This document shows, piece by piece, positions 1 through 14,411 of a stretch of DNA of 64,000 bases. The notes under the pieces are model-generated. The model was given only the letters and a program-made list of their open reading frames with translations, had not been told where the DNA came from and ran no database searches. This stretch comes from Lingula anatina (lineage: Eukaryota; Animalia; Brachiopoda): positions 18,414,001-18,478,000 of the forward strand of contig CM120642.1 of the NCBI GenBank assembly GCA_051362555.1, given 5' to 3'. Both the position numbers and the translations under genes were made by a program. Position 1 is the stretch's first letter. Every line of letters begins with the position of its first letter.

Positions 1-114
1 TAGAAACAATAACATTTCTGATAAACAACTTTGAGTTTCAAAGTCCTCAGTTTGCATGAGCACACCGTCACATAAATTTTGTTCATTTACTCACTTGTCC
101 TGTTATAATTTTAG

Positions 115-3100
115 TTGACTCGTCTGAAAAGACAGAGAGCGGAAAAGCGAAGAGCTTTAATTTCTTCAAAAATAGCAGCTTCCAAACAAGAAACACCCAC
201 AGGAGCCAAAAAGCCAAAATTAGGCACCAATGGCCCCACCATAGAAGAGGACAATCACTCTCCATCACCAGCAGAAAAAGAAAGGAAGATCCCTTCAGAG
301 ACAGAGAGCCCTCATGAAAAAGGAAAAAACTTCAGAATTGGTCCACAGCAGATTGTAGCTTCCTTATTCAGAAATAACCCAGAAATACCCAAAGTATCAA
401 GGTTAATTTCTCGATCTTTAGAAAATTTTAAAATGCGATCTATATTTCTGTGTATTACTCTTAAGAGTTTCTATGGTTGAAAGATTTTAGGGGTTTAGAT
501 ACATTTTACTAATGAAAATTAAGAAAATAACTACATCAGTTTTAGAATAATTTATGATTTTATATTACATGCATGTATTTACAATTATTATTAGGTATTT
601 TTCATGTACCTTTTTAGCCATGCAGTTGAACAACTGAAAGAGAAGATATTCTCTTCCGATAAATTTTCGGAGCTTCAGTTACATCCTTTTTTGGTAAGTT
701 TGTGAAATGTTTCCCTTTAATTTGTTTGCTATTAAAATATCCTTGAAGTGACGACAAATATATTCTGATCAAAAAGGTCTTTAATTTGTTTGCTATTAAT
801 TTATCCTGGCAGTGAAGGCAAATATATTCTGATAAAAAAAGGTCAGTTATCTTAAGTTATCCTGAAATCAAAACTGTTAATTCTGTTCAAGCCACTAGTG
901 TCTGAATGTTTTAGATGTAAAAAAAATTGATGTTGAATAAAGTTCATCAGTGTGGTAATGATAGTAAATCACATTATTATGTTCTTCATTATTAATCAGT
1001 GCAACTTGAACCAAGTGAAGACGACAGAATGTATCTTATCATATATAATTATTTAAATTGAGACAGAAGAATGTTTTAGCCTATAAAGAAGTTGATTACT
1101 AAATAAAGTTTGAAGGTTTTTTATTTGATGTTTAGGCTAAGTATTTGGAAGAGAAAATGGGCCTTTGTCACATGACAAGCATTCAACAGAAAAGCATCCC
1201 GCAGATTATATCAGGGCATGACACTTTGGTCAAATCCCAGACTGGATCAGGTATATTGATTTGTCAGTATTGAAAGTGATGATGATGACGAAAATACTAA
1301 TATTATAATTAATTTTAGTTGTTACTTATTTAAAGTCTAAAATCCAACTTTGTTTTAAATCAGTAGATTTTACTCAGATTTTACAATTTTGATAAATGCA
1401 AGTGAGAAGGAAAAACTTGAAAAATACCTTTTATTTCAAGTCTGTTAATTAGCTAAAATTGAATGAATATATTAAGAAATAGGTTTTGTTTAAATACTTT
1501 ATAATAGTGATAAATGTCAAAGATGAAGTTATATCTCATTGCTGAATTATAATTTAATCTTTAATAATTAGGGAAAACGTTGGCTTTTGCCATCCCGGTG
1601 GTCCAACATCTACAAAGTATTGTTCCTAAGATACAAAGGCAAGATGGACCTTATGCTATTGTGATTGTTCCAACAAGAGAGGTAAGTGTTTTGGGGTCTC
1701 TGGTATAAATAAACTACTTTCCTTTCTGTAGATAAAAACATACTGCATTTCATTTTTGTTTATAGAAAAATATTCATAATTTCTTTACTGTTTTTATACT
1801 GTTTCTTCTGCTAACAATAATGTCAGTTTGAATTATAACAAGTGAATTAGATTTTAAGTGTAATTTTTGTGGTTTTGATAATTAGTTTCAATTTCTACAT
1901 TTGTTTATTTCCAGCTTGCTCTGCAAAGCCTTGCAATCTTTCTAAAGTTAGTTCAGGTAAGTTATTAAATACCTTTCCAGTAAGATTGAGATGTACTACA
2001 AGGTAATGAATTAATCTCTCCTTTGGAATGATGCATGAAAACTCTTTGATGAAGTTTCTTAATCCAAACATGTTACAGATAGGTTTTTGAAGTAACAAAT
2101 TGTAATATCTGTGATAAATTTGGAAAAAAATCTGGAAAATATTGTTTTATTTTGCAGATGTATAATTTGCTGCTTGAATTCTACTTTAAATTGCTAGTGT
2201 ATAATTTGATGGATAAATCGGATGTATAATTTGTTGGTTTAATTCTACTTTAAATTGCTAGAATGTCATTAGAAGTAAACATGAATTGGCCATTCATTTC
2301 TTTAACATCTTTTTTATGAGCACAATGTTGAAATGGAATTTCAGTGATTATCAAGTAACTGTCCTTAACTTTTGAAAGTGAAAGTTGTCTCGTTTCAGCC
2401 ATTTCACTGGATTGTGCCAGGGTGCTTGATGGGAGGGGAACGAAAGAAGTCAGAAAAAGCAAGGTTCATGTTTTGTTGTTGTTTCTTAATTAAGAAATGG
2501 AATATGTAAATCAAACCTTATATGAAAAATATTTCTGATCAGGTAGGGCTTCAGAGAGTAAGGAAAAGAATGCGTTAAATGTGTTTATGTGTATTTGTAA
2601 ATGCCGTTTTGAGTGGTGTAAGTGCTAAATTCAAAGAAAACAGTTACTGCTGTGTGGTATTTAATTTTAATCCAGCCTTATTGAGAATATAGAATACAGC
2701 TTGATATTTTGCACAGAAGGCTTTGATAGAATATAAATCTTATAGTTTCTGAAGTTACTCATGAATGGTATTAGTTTCCTGAACATAATTGATCATAATA
2801 ATTATTTCTCATTTGGAAATAATGACAGTTTATAGAAACCTTCTCAAGCATCCATTGTTTATATCTCCAAGGGGTAAGAATGTCTATAACAATCTTGAAT
2901 CAGCACCAAAAATAAACCAGGCGTATCGTAAACTGCACTGAAGGGTAATACAGTTAGTTGATTTGTACCAGAATTTACTTTAATAAATATTTTCAGGCTG
3001 AGGAAAGGCATCAATATCCTCGTGTCCACCCCTGGCCGTCTGATTGACCACGTCCAGAACACAGAGGCTCTGGGACTGACCAAGGTCAAGTGGTTGATCA

Positions 3101-6100
3101 TAGATGAGGCTGACAGGTTGGGATCAGATGGGTCTTTTTTCTTCATCTTTTTAAAATTTAGTTGAATTTTAAAATTATAGTATTATACAACACTCTATTT
3201 GTCTGGTTTTTAGTAATTTTCATTTTTGGTTCAATTTTAATTCAAGTATCTAATACACTCTGAATTACTTCATATTAATCAGCCTTTGTCAAAAAGGCTT
3301 AAAACTATACTCTTCCAAAGCAGAAACTGTGACCAGTAACAGACCATGTTTACAAAATTATTCTGGCTGGCAACAGCTTTAGTTTTATTTATTTATTTTT
3401 TTTTTTGTGACTTGGGACCAGCTTTAACCATCAACAGATCACATTTTCACTTTTTTAAAGCATTGATGAAAGTATATGTCAAGTTGCTGTCCCCATGAAC
3501 TTGTACATTTAAACAACTTTTTTGACACTTTATTTCCAGGCTGTTAGATATGGGTTTTGAAAGAGATGTTGCTCAGATTGTGAACTCCCTGAATGAGAAA
3601 CAAGAAGGACACAGACAAACTGTGCTGCTCTCAGCCACACTTTCGCAAGGTATTAAATTGTTACAAAATTTGATAACAGTAATAACTCTGTCTTTTTCAA
3701 ATCCACTCTACCTCTTGATCTTTTTTTTTTTCTTCTTTTTTTTTAACAAATAACCTCTTCATCCACTAACTCTGTCATTTGCTGGGATTTTCAAACATAA
3801 TATTTGTATCATTGATTCAGAAATTTAATTTGTATATAAGTTCACTCAGTACTTAAAATTTTACAAACATATTATGAACTTGTTTGTTATGCTTTTTAAT
3901 TATATTTGATTAAAATTTATAATGAAGGTTGATGAAAGTTTTACAATGAATAAAAATTAAGTATTTGTCTTCTCTACATTGCATTTTCAACTAAATTGTT
4001 CACTTAAGCATTGAAAAATACTACTGAAATTGATGATAAATATGTAATAACAGATGTTGATGTTGTGGAATTCTGTTATGTATTTTCAAAAAAAATTTGA
4101 CCATCGTTTCAGGGGTGGAAAGACTTGCTGGCATGAGCCTTGTCAATCCCCAGCTCGTAGAGGTCTCCAAACCCGTCACGGACACCAAGGTGTCAAAGCC
4201 AGACAGCGTGACAGTGACACAGACGACTGATGACAAATTTGTGATACCAGAACACTTGCAGCAGCACTTCATTGTGGTTCCTAGTAAACTGAGGCTTGTC
4301 ACCTTGGCAGCGTTTATTTTACAAAAGTGCAAGGTAAATAGACATTTTGTTAGACAAAGAGGGGGAATTGAAACACCTGGAAACAGATCCTCATTTCATT
4401 TTTGGTGTGTCCTTCTTAATTCCTTATGTCAATTTCACCTTATACATTCATTAAAAAAATAGTAATTGTATTGAAATATATTTGCCTCTCAGCCATTCTA
4501 CCATTTGTCACTACTATAAGCCTCCATATGTGTGTGATCTTAAAATTTTATGTTTTTTTACAACTTAATCTTTCAGACATGGTATATTATGTATAACAGT
4601 CGATATTATGATATTGAAACGCTGTTAGGTCATAAAATTTTTTTTATACACTTATAAATAAAATGTCCTTACAGCTCATACAACATCGTATTATATCCTC
4701 ACTCTGGTCTTGCATCCTGACCTGTTATATTACAGCCGGTATTTTCTTACTGTGAATTTTGATATAATTTATTTCAGTATGCTGCAGAGAATAACAAGAT
4801 GGTGGTCTTCATGTCGACCCAGGATTCCACGGAGTTCCATCACTCCCTGCTTGTTAACACCATCGCCAGCTTTAAGGAAGAAGAGGAGGAGGAGGGGGAT
4901 GAGAGAGAGATTGAGATCTTCAAACTACACGGAGATATGGTACAAAAAGTGAGTGGTTTGTGGCCAGGGGCTGCAGCTGGTTTCACCAAAGAACTTAAGA
5001 CCAAAAGGTGGTAATTGCATAACTTTTAGACCCAGTTTTTGGTATGACTTCTTTGATTTAAATGAAAATGTGTAGTAGTCCACCATAATAATGAATTATT
5101 GGTCTGAAAAAGTAGCTGCTTCTTTCTTTTGAATCTTACCCTTATAGTTTTGAACAATTTTCATTTTCAAGTTCTCATTGACTTATGATTACTGGAGAAT
5201 TCTTTAGTTTGGCATACATTTGATTTGATGCATGTTCTGTGTACATTGGCCAGTTTTGCTGGCTAATCTTTTTTTCTCATTTGTATCAGAGGTGTTTTTC
5301 AGTTGGAATGGAATGCTGAAATTGACTGTGAATCATGTATTTTGTTGTGTTTCAGGAAAGAACTCAGGTTTTCCAAGACTTCTCTAGTACTAGATCCGGA
5401 GTACTTCTCTGTACTGTAAGTGTCAAAAAACATTATATTATTGAAATAATATTGATAATAATGAAAAAGTGAAAAGTCTCAATCATTATTGAAATTCATT
5501 TAATGGACTGAGCATAATCTAATAATATATATCAATAATATATATATGTGAAAATCTGATGTGGATTGTTTTGTGTAAATTAAGTCACTGTAATATTTTG
5601 AGAATATTTTTTTATTTTTATTTTTTTCTGGACTGACAATTTTATGACTTTACGTGAAAATTTCAAAGTAGATTTTTGGTTGTTAGACCTGGTAGTAAGG
5701 AAAAATGATAAATCTTTACAAGATTACATACTAGAATGTATGAGGGCTTTGGTAATGTCCAGTAATTATGGTTATTGTGCCTGGGTAGGATGTAGCAGCC
5801 AGAGGGTTGGACTTACCCAAGGTGAAGTGGATTGTGCAGTACAATACCCCAGGGACCCCCACCGAATACATCCACAGGGTGGGGCGGACGGCTAGGGCAG
5901 GGACCAGGGGGAGCTCACTTCTATTCCTGTCTCCCTCAGAAGTGGACTATGTCCAGGTCCTCAATGACCACAAAATAAGGTGAGGACAGCTGCTGCATTG
6001 GCTTGACCAAAGTGATGATTGGTTTTTGATTGGGTAATTTTTGTAATGAGATTGAAATTAAAATAAATCAAAATTCCATTTCATTCTTTTATGCCCATTC

Positions 6101-8371
6101 TACAGCACTCTTAAGTAGAAATACATGGAAAATTTACTATAAAAAACGTCAAGCATTTTCAAACCTATCAAATTGCAATTGTTTAACATTGTGCTGCAAT
6201 TTATTTATTTAGGAAAATTCATCTTCATCTGAACTAAGATTAGCCTGGCTTTCATGGTTTATTATTATGATTAGTACTATTTTTGTTCAGTTTTATTTGT
6301 TGTTGTTGTATCTTGTCATATTGTATATTATTCTGATGAACCACTGGGCTAAAAGATGAATAAATCTAATTGAGTGGATATTAAATTTGTGAATGTGATA
6401 TTAATTGGTTTTTTAGTATGGAGGAAGTTTCTATGAAGGAAGTGCTGCAGACATTGATGGTACTTTGTCAGGAGTTGGCAGAAGGAAGGAAAAGCAAGGT
6501 ATATATGTTGAATTGCATCAGTCTGTACCTATACAGATATCAAATATAAATTTAGTCTTCAAGGGTCATTATGTGCATATTTTGCAGAGAGGGCTTTTTG
6601 TCCCTGATTTATCTGATAGCCTATAAAAAAAATGAAGAAATGATCTCTAAATGGAATAGTTACTGAAAAAATGATGTTTGTAAATTTGACTTGAATATTA
6701 AAATTGTACCTCTTAGTTTGGATAGTTCTGTGCAGCCATACAGAACAGGGCTTGCAAAGGAGACAATTTTGAGCATTTCTTTTAAGCAAGAAGTTCCGTT
6801 TTTATGTATTGAATAATTTTAACATAATTTTGAAATGGTTCAAGCACTCAAATAATACTAATAATGTCAATTAAGTAAGGGAGTTGCTTTTTATAACAAC
6901 TTCATTCTCAAAAAAAAATTTTAGTACAAAATATTGCACGTAATAAAAGGTGGCAAATTTTGAAGTGTTATATGCTCACCTTATGATAAAAACAACAGGA
7001 GTTGATGATTTATTTTAAATAGTATAAGATTGTTTGTTTTTTCTAACTTGGGTGCTGTGGTATTCCAGGGTCGCCATCCACACAGCGTTGAAGAGAGTGC
7101 CACGCTGCTTCAGAACAGATTTGAGACATACCTGTACCAAAACAAAGAAAGAATACAATTAGCCAAAAAAGGTAACAGACTGTCATTTAGCTTTGATTTT
7201 CATGTTCGTTTTGTAGTAACTACTAACTTTGTGATTTTTATTTTTTGTCGACTTTCAAAAAACATTTTACAGAAATAATGTACGGCTCTGGCATAATGCC
7301 TTTAGTTATAATTAAACTGATTAGTTAAAAGTTTTTATATTTTTTTTAACCAAAATAGGGAACAAAATATGCCTTTTTACCAAATTTAAGTATTGCTTTC
7401 AAATCATTGACAAATTTTAACATTCAAATGACTTGTGAATTTAGCCAAAAGGTGGATGTGCATAGCATGTTGTACATAAATGTCAATATTGTTTTCAGCT
7501 TACCAGTCTTTCTTGAGATCATACGCCACCTATCCATCCAACCTGAAGCATATCTTCCATGTGAAGAATCTCCATCTGGGACATGTTGCCAAGAGCTTTG
7601 GTCTGCGTGAAGCTCCAAAACATATCTCCCAGTTCAAAGACAACAAATATGCTGTAAAACTCCAGCGTAAAACTGAAAGGAGGTAAAATTGTTGTTTTTT
7701 CTGAATTTTTGTGACTATCTCTTTATTAATATTGCAAGCTCTAATCAATCTTGTTTCTTTGCAAAGTTACATGGTGACTCGTTCACTGATGTAAGCTCTG
7801 TATTATGTATTTTTACATGTTTTCACATCACTGTTTATGTTGGAGATTTGAGTTTTAATTGTAAAAGGTTTTTGAAGTTCATACTTTGAATTGAAGGAAA
7901 AAACCTCTTTCACTGCAGATACATTGGGTGTTATCACAAAATGGTAATTTATTGGAATAGAATGTAATATCAATATACATAATCAATAAATTTGGAAATG
8001 GAAAATTGGATAATGGTAAAAAAAGGAAAGAAAAAATCTCCCCCGTATAAATGACTGTTGTTGGAGTTCTTACACAAATCTAGAAACTTGGGAAACTTGT
8101 TTCTTGCAAAAGAGGGAACTGTTAAAAAAAAAAGACAATCCCTGTCCTTTAGAAGCTGTGTATTCATACACATATCTGTTAGCCTTCCTGAACATTGCAT
8201 TACAATGAACATTTTGCTTGAAATTTCAGAGAACAGTTGCATAGGGAGGCTTCCCTTCCACACAAGAGGGTCAATATGTCTGAATATGCTAGTGGTCTGG
8301 ATGAGGTAAAAACGGTCAAGAAAAGAAAACCAAGGAACAAAAAGGCTGGAAAATTCAAGAAGAGAAAGTGA
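115..8371 (+). CDS. DDX31: ATP-dependent DEAD-box RNA helicase DDX31/Dbp7 (5'-partial, 16 exons in window, ~692 aa)
   Basis: Exons 115-401, 618-693, 1136-1250, 1572-1681, 1915-1956, 2399-2463, 2997-3116, 3540-3649, 4113-4333, 4778-4948, 5356-5415, 5789-5979, 6417-6498, 7069-7171, 7499-7682, 8230-8371. All introns are GT-AG and the frame is continuous (2079 nt). Motifs: Q-motif ([10 protein letters not shown]), [42 protein letters not shown] (Dbp7/DDX31-typical), [32 protein letters not shown]-terminal [16 protein letters not shown] and SEYASGL. The start codon lies upstream of the window. Confidence 0.95.
716..844. repeat. Two-copy ~64-bp tandem duplication in DDX31 intron
   Basis: tttaatttgtttgctattaa...aaatatattctgat..aaaaggtc occurs at 716 and again at 780. 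Confidence 0.8.
2157..2261. repeat. Direct repeat (64-bp offset) in DDX31 intron
   Basis: gatgtataatttg...aattctactttaaattgctag occurs at 2157 and 2221. Confidence 0.75.
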
Positions 8372-9227
8372 TGAGAAATGGGAACCAGTTTGAAACCTGA
8401 GCTGCATATATAAGTTATTTAAGAACAGGGTGCTGTTTTTCAGCCAATTTAATAATGTAGCTAGTTCAAGCCATTTACAACTATTGCCCAAATTTATTTC
8501 ACATTAAACTGAGACTGCTGCAGAGGACTAAAATTCTGTCACTTTGTTAAAAATTTAACCAATCAGTGACATATTTATCTTTGTTTGTTGGAAAATTTTT
8601 CTTCAAATACAATTTTGTTATTCTTCATTATCAAATCATACTCGCTGAAGTACCCGTTTTGCCCACATGGAGCTATAATTTTTTTATTGTGTTAAATGTT
8701 TGTGTCCATCTCTCCAAACACAATCGGCAATATGCGCATTGCTGTTTTTTTTTTTCAAGATGATACAGTTTAATTGAATGTTTTGGTACAATTTACATTG
8801 TACTGTATTATTTTGTGACTAAACTATTATTTTTACATCCTTTTGTTCAACCATTGATTAATTTTTTCATTGATATGTGGCTCACTAGACCAAGATTGTT
8901 TTTATGAGTAACTTCTGAATCACATAAAAGGCCAAAAAATGAATTTACCTGGGGTAAACGACAATTTTTCCATAATTACCAGTGGTTAATGAATCCATTT
9001 CTACATTCAAAGTTAGTCCCTGTTTTTTTTTTTTTTCTTTAAGGTTTTTTTTTTTCTTTTTTGTAATAATCTCTTAAGAGATAAAGAGCTTATTACAGAA
9101 TAGCCATCTATGGAGGTCACGTGGTCCGATGATAAACAGAGATTTCAGAATAATTGCTATAACTGCCATTTTTGTGGAAGAATAGAATATTTTAAATATC
9201 GAGTTGTTTACAATGCATTTATTGTGA

Positions 9228-9233
9228 AATAAA
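9228..9233 (+). terminator. Probable DDX31 polyadenylation signal (AATAAA)
   Basis: AATAAA about 0.86 kb after the stop codon, followed by T/GT-rich sequence. CpG density rises shortly after it. Confidence 0.4.
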
Positions 9234-9678
9234 GATTTTATACGAAGAGTTGTTATCCCTTTAATTTTATTTTTGAAATGATGGATTCGGTACTTTTAAT
9301 CGCTCTTATATTATTGTGTGAGAGATCTTTATCAGGTTTGTCTCTGACTTTTAAAAGAAAAGCCTTAGGTTGGCGTCGCCGGAAGGTAATGTTATCAAGT
9401 TAGGTTGTAAAAGTTGAAAACAAACAGCACACTGTTTTCCAAGAATGTATCATTCACAAACATGTTTGTGTGAAATTACTTGGATGCTAATTATCACATA
9501 GCTAATTAATATCCAACATTCAAGATTTGGAGGAAATATTACTTTAAGACTTCCACATCTGGGAAATTGCACCTCCCGCAAGAAAGTAGGTTGTTGACTT
9601 TATATGATGTTATGTGTAATTTGACCAAGAAAAACGGAAGTCGTACAGGCGAACGGCTGAGCAAGGGTGATGACTGTA

Positions 9679-9697
9679 CAGTGGCGCCATCTGAAGG
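9679..9697 (-). promoter_or_regulatory. CTCF-like motif just downstream of DDX31
   Basis: Minus strand reads CCTTCAGATGGCGCCACTG, close to the CTCF core CCnnnAGRKGGCRC. Motif match only. Confidence 0.4.
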
Positions 9698-10666
9698 CTG
9701 TTTGTTACGATTGTCAAAGGTTGACTTCTGAAGAGGCCAGCTGTGCAAAATTTCTAAGATTAACTATTGTTATAATATATTATTATTATTGTTATTTTCC
9801 CCAGAATTTTAGAAATGTGAGCAGAAATAGGTAAAAAATCATTAAATGTCTAGCGAAAAAATTCTCCACGGCACTGGTACAATTTAGAAATTATGTCAAA
9901 GGCGTGCACCTGTTGTCACATGGATTGGCAATTCTTTTTCTCTCTCATTTTGTTGTTAAGTACTGTTTTTATAAAATATCTAGTCAACAGTTTCTGTGAT
10001 TGACCAATAATTTATAGTATTGTGGAAGAACGTCTGAGTATTTTATTAATCCTTCATTTCTTTAGTTGGGAAAGGGAGATGGGTTGGGAGACGTTTTTCA
10101 GTCCCAAACTAAGACACACTGGCCACTGATTTTTCAGCTGGACAAAAAATCTTAATAATCTATCTTAATTGTCTGTAGAATGTGCACGCCAAGGTCGGTC
10201 CGTACTATGGGAGACCTATGCCCTTTGGACTGTTACCTAAAAAAAACATGCCTATGCCAACAATCCCCAAACTGCTGTTCCTCTCAAGAATTTCGAATGG
10301 AGATAAGAGAATTCCCCATGACATGTTGAACATTGTTATTATAAACTTCAGTGCTCGAGTAGCCACAGTGATTCAGCGTCTATGAGCTTGGATTAAACGC
10401 ATTATAAACTACTGGGCTGTGCTTGCAAAATGATGGTGTACGAGGGAAAAAGGCACACCACACAAATCTTATGTGTCTGTGAGACAGGTGTGAGAAAAAA
10501 TGATAAATTTTCCTTTCAATAGAAAATGATACTTTTTCAATAATGGAAACATCTTTTTGGACCATACTATATTATTCTGGGCCCTGTATCTTGAGGAAAA
10601 AATCAAAACTTTCTTGGGATTTACTAGCCTCGATAAAACAGTGAAATTTAATGTTACTGTTAGCTT

Positions 10667-10670
<4 letters not shown>

Positions 10671-10719
<49 letters not shown>

Positions 10720-10726
10720 TTTTTTT
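10671..10726. repeat. (AT)n microsatellite followed by poly-T
   Basis: Direct reading. Confidence 0.9.
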
Positions 10727-11441
10727 GCAATTGGAGAGGAGACTGGGTGATTGGACATTTTGAAGAAAACCTTTTTATCTAGCTATAATAGACAATTGGT
10801 AGGATAAACATATTCTACGGTATAATGTAGGTGTTGGATAGCAGAAGTTGATTTAATCACGTAGAGGATGTTAGCAGTGCAAAGTTATACAACCTGATAT
10901 ACTTTATTATATATTTATGATTATATTGCACATTGGTGGTGCGTTGTGAAATACAAGTATACCGGTGTAACAGGAATGGAAGTCCGCTAGGAACCGCAGT
11001 CCGCTCCCCATTTCTTTGTACAGGTGACATTCGTCCGAAATACTAACCCCAGTAATGCAACTAACCCTTACCTGTAATAATCATATGGGACCCCGGAAGC
11101 TTAAAGAAGGGCTATGTATCCCCCATATCTCGTCATTGCAAAGGATACCAATATATTTAGTTAAAGAAAAAACAAAAGAAAAAAGATAGCATTGAGACAG
11201 ATACCATGTGGCGAATTTCAGCTTAAAGCAATATTTATAAACTCGGGATTTGATACAGAAATGTTAGCTCTCGGAAACAATATCATTTAAGCAGTTCAAG
11301 ATTTTTTAAGTGATCCATAGACTTATGGCGTCTACGCCCCTACAACAATTTGTATTCAACTACAAGAGCGCGAGCGCATGATGATAAACTGTATATGTAA
11401 AAAATAATAACAATAACATTGAGCGTGTTCGAATTCTAAAA

Positions 11442-11497
<56 letters not shown>

Positions 11498-11499
11498 CA
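11442..11499. repeat. (CT)n(CA)n compound microsatellite
   Basis: Direct reading. Confidence 0.9.
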
Positions 11500-11633
11500 T
11501 AAATGCACACACAAGAATCTAGCCTAGTAGGGATTCCGCGGCAACTTGTATTTTACATTTTTTCCAGTCACTCTATCTCATTCACATACAAAAACATACC
11601 CTTCACGGGCAATGTAGTCATAATAATTTTAAG

Positions 11634-11800
11634 GCAATTATTGCTATCCTATTATTAATGCAAAACATCTGATGGTTAATTTTTTTCCTTTCAGAAATTA
11701 TTTCTAAGATAAATGCAATTATTGCTATCCTATTATTAATGCAAAACATCTGATGGTTAATTTTTTCCGATCAGAAATTATTCCTAAGATAAATGCAATT
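11634..11800. repeat. Two-copy ~81-bp tandem repeat
   Basis: gcaattattgctatcctattattaatgcaaaacatctgatggttaatt...ctaagataaat starts at 11634 and 11715, near identical. Confidence 0.9.
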
Positions 11801-14377
11801 GTTCATATTTTTCTGAGAAAAAGTCCCGTGTCCCAGCCACATTAAGACCTGTAGGTTGACTAGTTATTTTCCCGACCTCGGTTTAATCAGCCCCTACAAA
11901 CCAATTCATAATACTAGATGATCATCCATAATCAACGCTGGTAATACACTTAAACACAACAAACGCCTTAATCAAACCTCATTTTCTTGACATTAAGAGA
12001 TACAGTTATTTCAATTAATGGTATCGACTTTGCAAGTCGACGTAGAAAAGCAATCCACTTTCTTTAATTACAAGACAAGAACGTAGCGGACTAATTCCCC
12101 GGTAATAGGCGGCCTCTGGAAGCCCGGCTTCTGCACGATTTTTGCCCGTAGTGTGCATCAGAAATACAAGGAAAAGGGCATGGGAACTACCAAGGGCAAT
12201 AGCAACTATGATGCATAGAGGGAAATATCCTTTAATTAGTATTTATACCCTCCCTTGGGGAGAGAATGAGGCCCCGGGGATGTTAGTCGACAATTTGACA
12301 TACCGTTAATCACTCAGCGCTCAAGGGGGACGCTATAGTAATAAGTGGTTGAGACAAAACTTTTTTTAAGTTGAGAGTAAAGTGTTAGGGCTATTTGGTA
12401 ATGATGTCTTTTAGTTGGCGTGTTTTCTAACCCACCCTGGAGTAAAACTGAATATATTAACACTTAAATAATGCAATGGGTGCGAAGTCGGGACCGCTCA
12501 AGGGAGGAGATTGCTAAGTGTCGTGTTTACCGGAATAAAGCCCCTTTCTTTATTGTTATATAATTAAATTTGGGATTTGGATTTATTCAATTAGCCCGTC
12601 AGGTTGGGCCTAGGGTTTCCACTTTTGAAGATGACACCGTGATCAGTTTTTGTCATTTTGCACAGTGCATCTCCCCACGGGACAATTTGGTGTTCTCGCA
12701 TTTTTATATTCAATTGTACATTATAACCGCTGGCTACACTTATTTATATGTAGTAAAGCATCTTTGGACCTAAGTTGGGATTTAGCCACGAATAAAGGAT
12801 CTACATCGAATTCTATTGTACATATAAATCGGAAATAATCTCACTTTGATATCAAACTGTCGACAAACGATGGTGGTCTATTTCTCAAGACATCAAATTA
12901 TCTGATATTCTACTGTCACCGTTTTCTATTTATTTGATTGGAATCTTCACACATGAAGACTTCAACATATAGGCCTACTTCTGCATCATGGGTAATCATT
13001 GGCAATATCATTATAAATTGATCATCGATTTCTAAGATGTGAAGTTAATTTTCGCCATACTGTAGCTCAAAAAGACTCATTGCGAATATGATTTTAATTT
13101 TCCGGCGAGCTGCTTTGAAGAGACAGATTATATATAACAAACTAATGTTCATTAAAATTTTTTTTATAAATTAGCTTGTCAGGATGAAGGTTAATCATAT
13201 CTTAAATACTTACGTGGTGTGGTGTGGCGTTTTTGGTTTCACATTTTTGTGCAGTTGAAGAACGATGCGTTTCATTCGAAAATATCCATAATCTCTGTTG
13301 TATTGATTTAAGTTTTATCTGTACTTTAAATTTGAATTTCACCATAGCTTAACTTGTTAGACACCATAAAGTAACACATAATTTCTGCTATAGTTCAAGG
13401 TATATACAATACAACTGTTTGGTATACGTAAGTTGTTTGACTAAAATCTGCCAGCTAGATGGTTATCGCTAATTGTTTTCATTGTCTGGTAGCAAAAAAA
13501 TACATTTAGACGTGGAAAATGAACGCCTATCTATATAAGAGACGTCGCACACTCTCCCTTAACCCACCCCTACATTAGTATGCAGTTTCTAATAATGGGA
13601 TTGCTTTCTTCTTCTAGCGCAGTAAATTGCGTTTGTTTAATTGACCAAGGCTTTTTTCTTCAGGGTATCTCAACCCCTGACTGTTAAACTGTTTATTCTT
13701 TTCTTAAAAGAAGGAGAAAAAACGCTTATCAGAAATGACAAAATTGCCCCCCTCCTAATTGCGGGACTTAGCCGTGCAAATGGAACTGAACGCTGCCTTG
13801 AGGGGAGAGAAACCTTTCTTCGTAGTCGGGGATGGTGAGAATTTTCTGGTGATGTGCCGTTCTCCATCCATCTCATTTCTGACACATGGGACACGGGAGG
13901 ATGAGTGCTCACAAGATTTAATTAAGGGACTAAATAAATAACTGAATAAAAATAAACTTCTAAGGTTTAAACCCCCATAACTCCATGATGTTTCCAAATT
14001 TCATATATTATGGATCGAATATTTTCTGCAACCGAAAGATGTGATTTTTATCATCTGAAGGACGTAGGCGAAGTTCGCAACTTTTTCAAGTGTGGAATTG
14101 TACTGTGAAGGCATCGTGCTTTGCAAATTCAACAGCAATTTAGATAAATAAATAAATAAATAAATATGCACGAACAAGGGTATTAGGCTCTAAAATATTT
14201 ACTGATTAATATAATAACCGAAGTTCTTCAAACAAAGTTATTTGCATTTGACGAACAAATTATTCCTGCGAACCAGACAATGAGTTGTAACAGTAATTGA
14301 AAGGGTCAAAGAAATCGACTAAGGTGATAGATGAAGGGCATTATTCATCTAAAAGATAGATAAGTAAAATAAAATGC

Positions 14378-14411
<34 letters not shown>

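Noticed and set aside
1251-1571. GTAT-starting donors (1251, 3650, 6499) as possible U12 introns
   Set aside because: None match GTATCCTT; they read as ordinary U2 introns.
7970-8491. 173-aa minus-strand ORF
   Set aside because: Overlaps the DDX31 last intron and exon in antisense, starts at TTG, has AT-rich low-information composition and no family motif.
11634-11800. Direct repeats as a possible CRISPR-like array
   Set aside because: Two abutting copies without spacers in a eukaryotic context; ordinary tandem duplication.
10963-12110. Possible TIR pair (gtccgctag at ~10982, tagcggac at ~12084)
   Set aside because: Complementarity is only ~9 bp and there is no TSD, so an element cannot be delimited.
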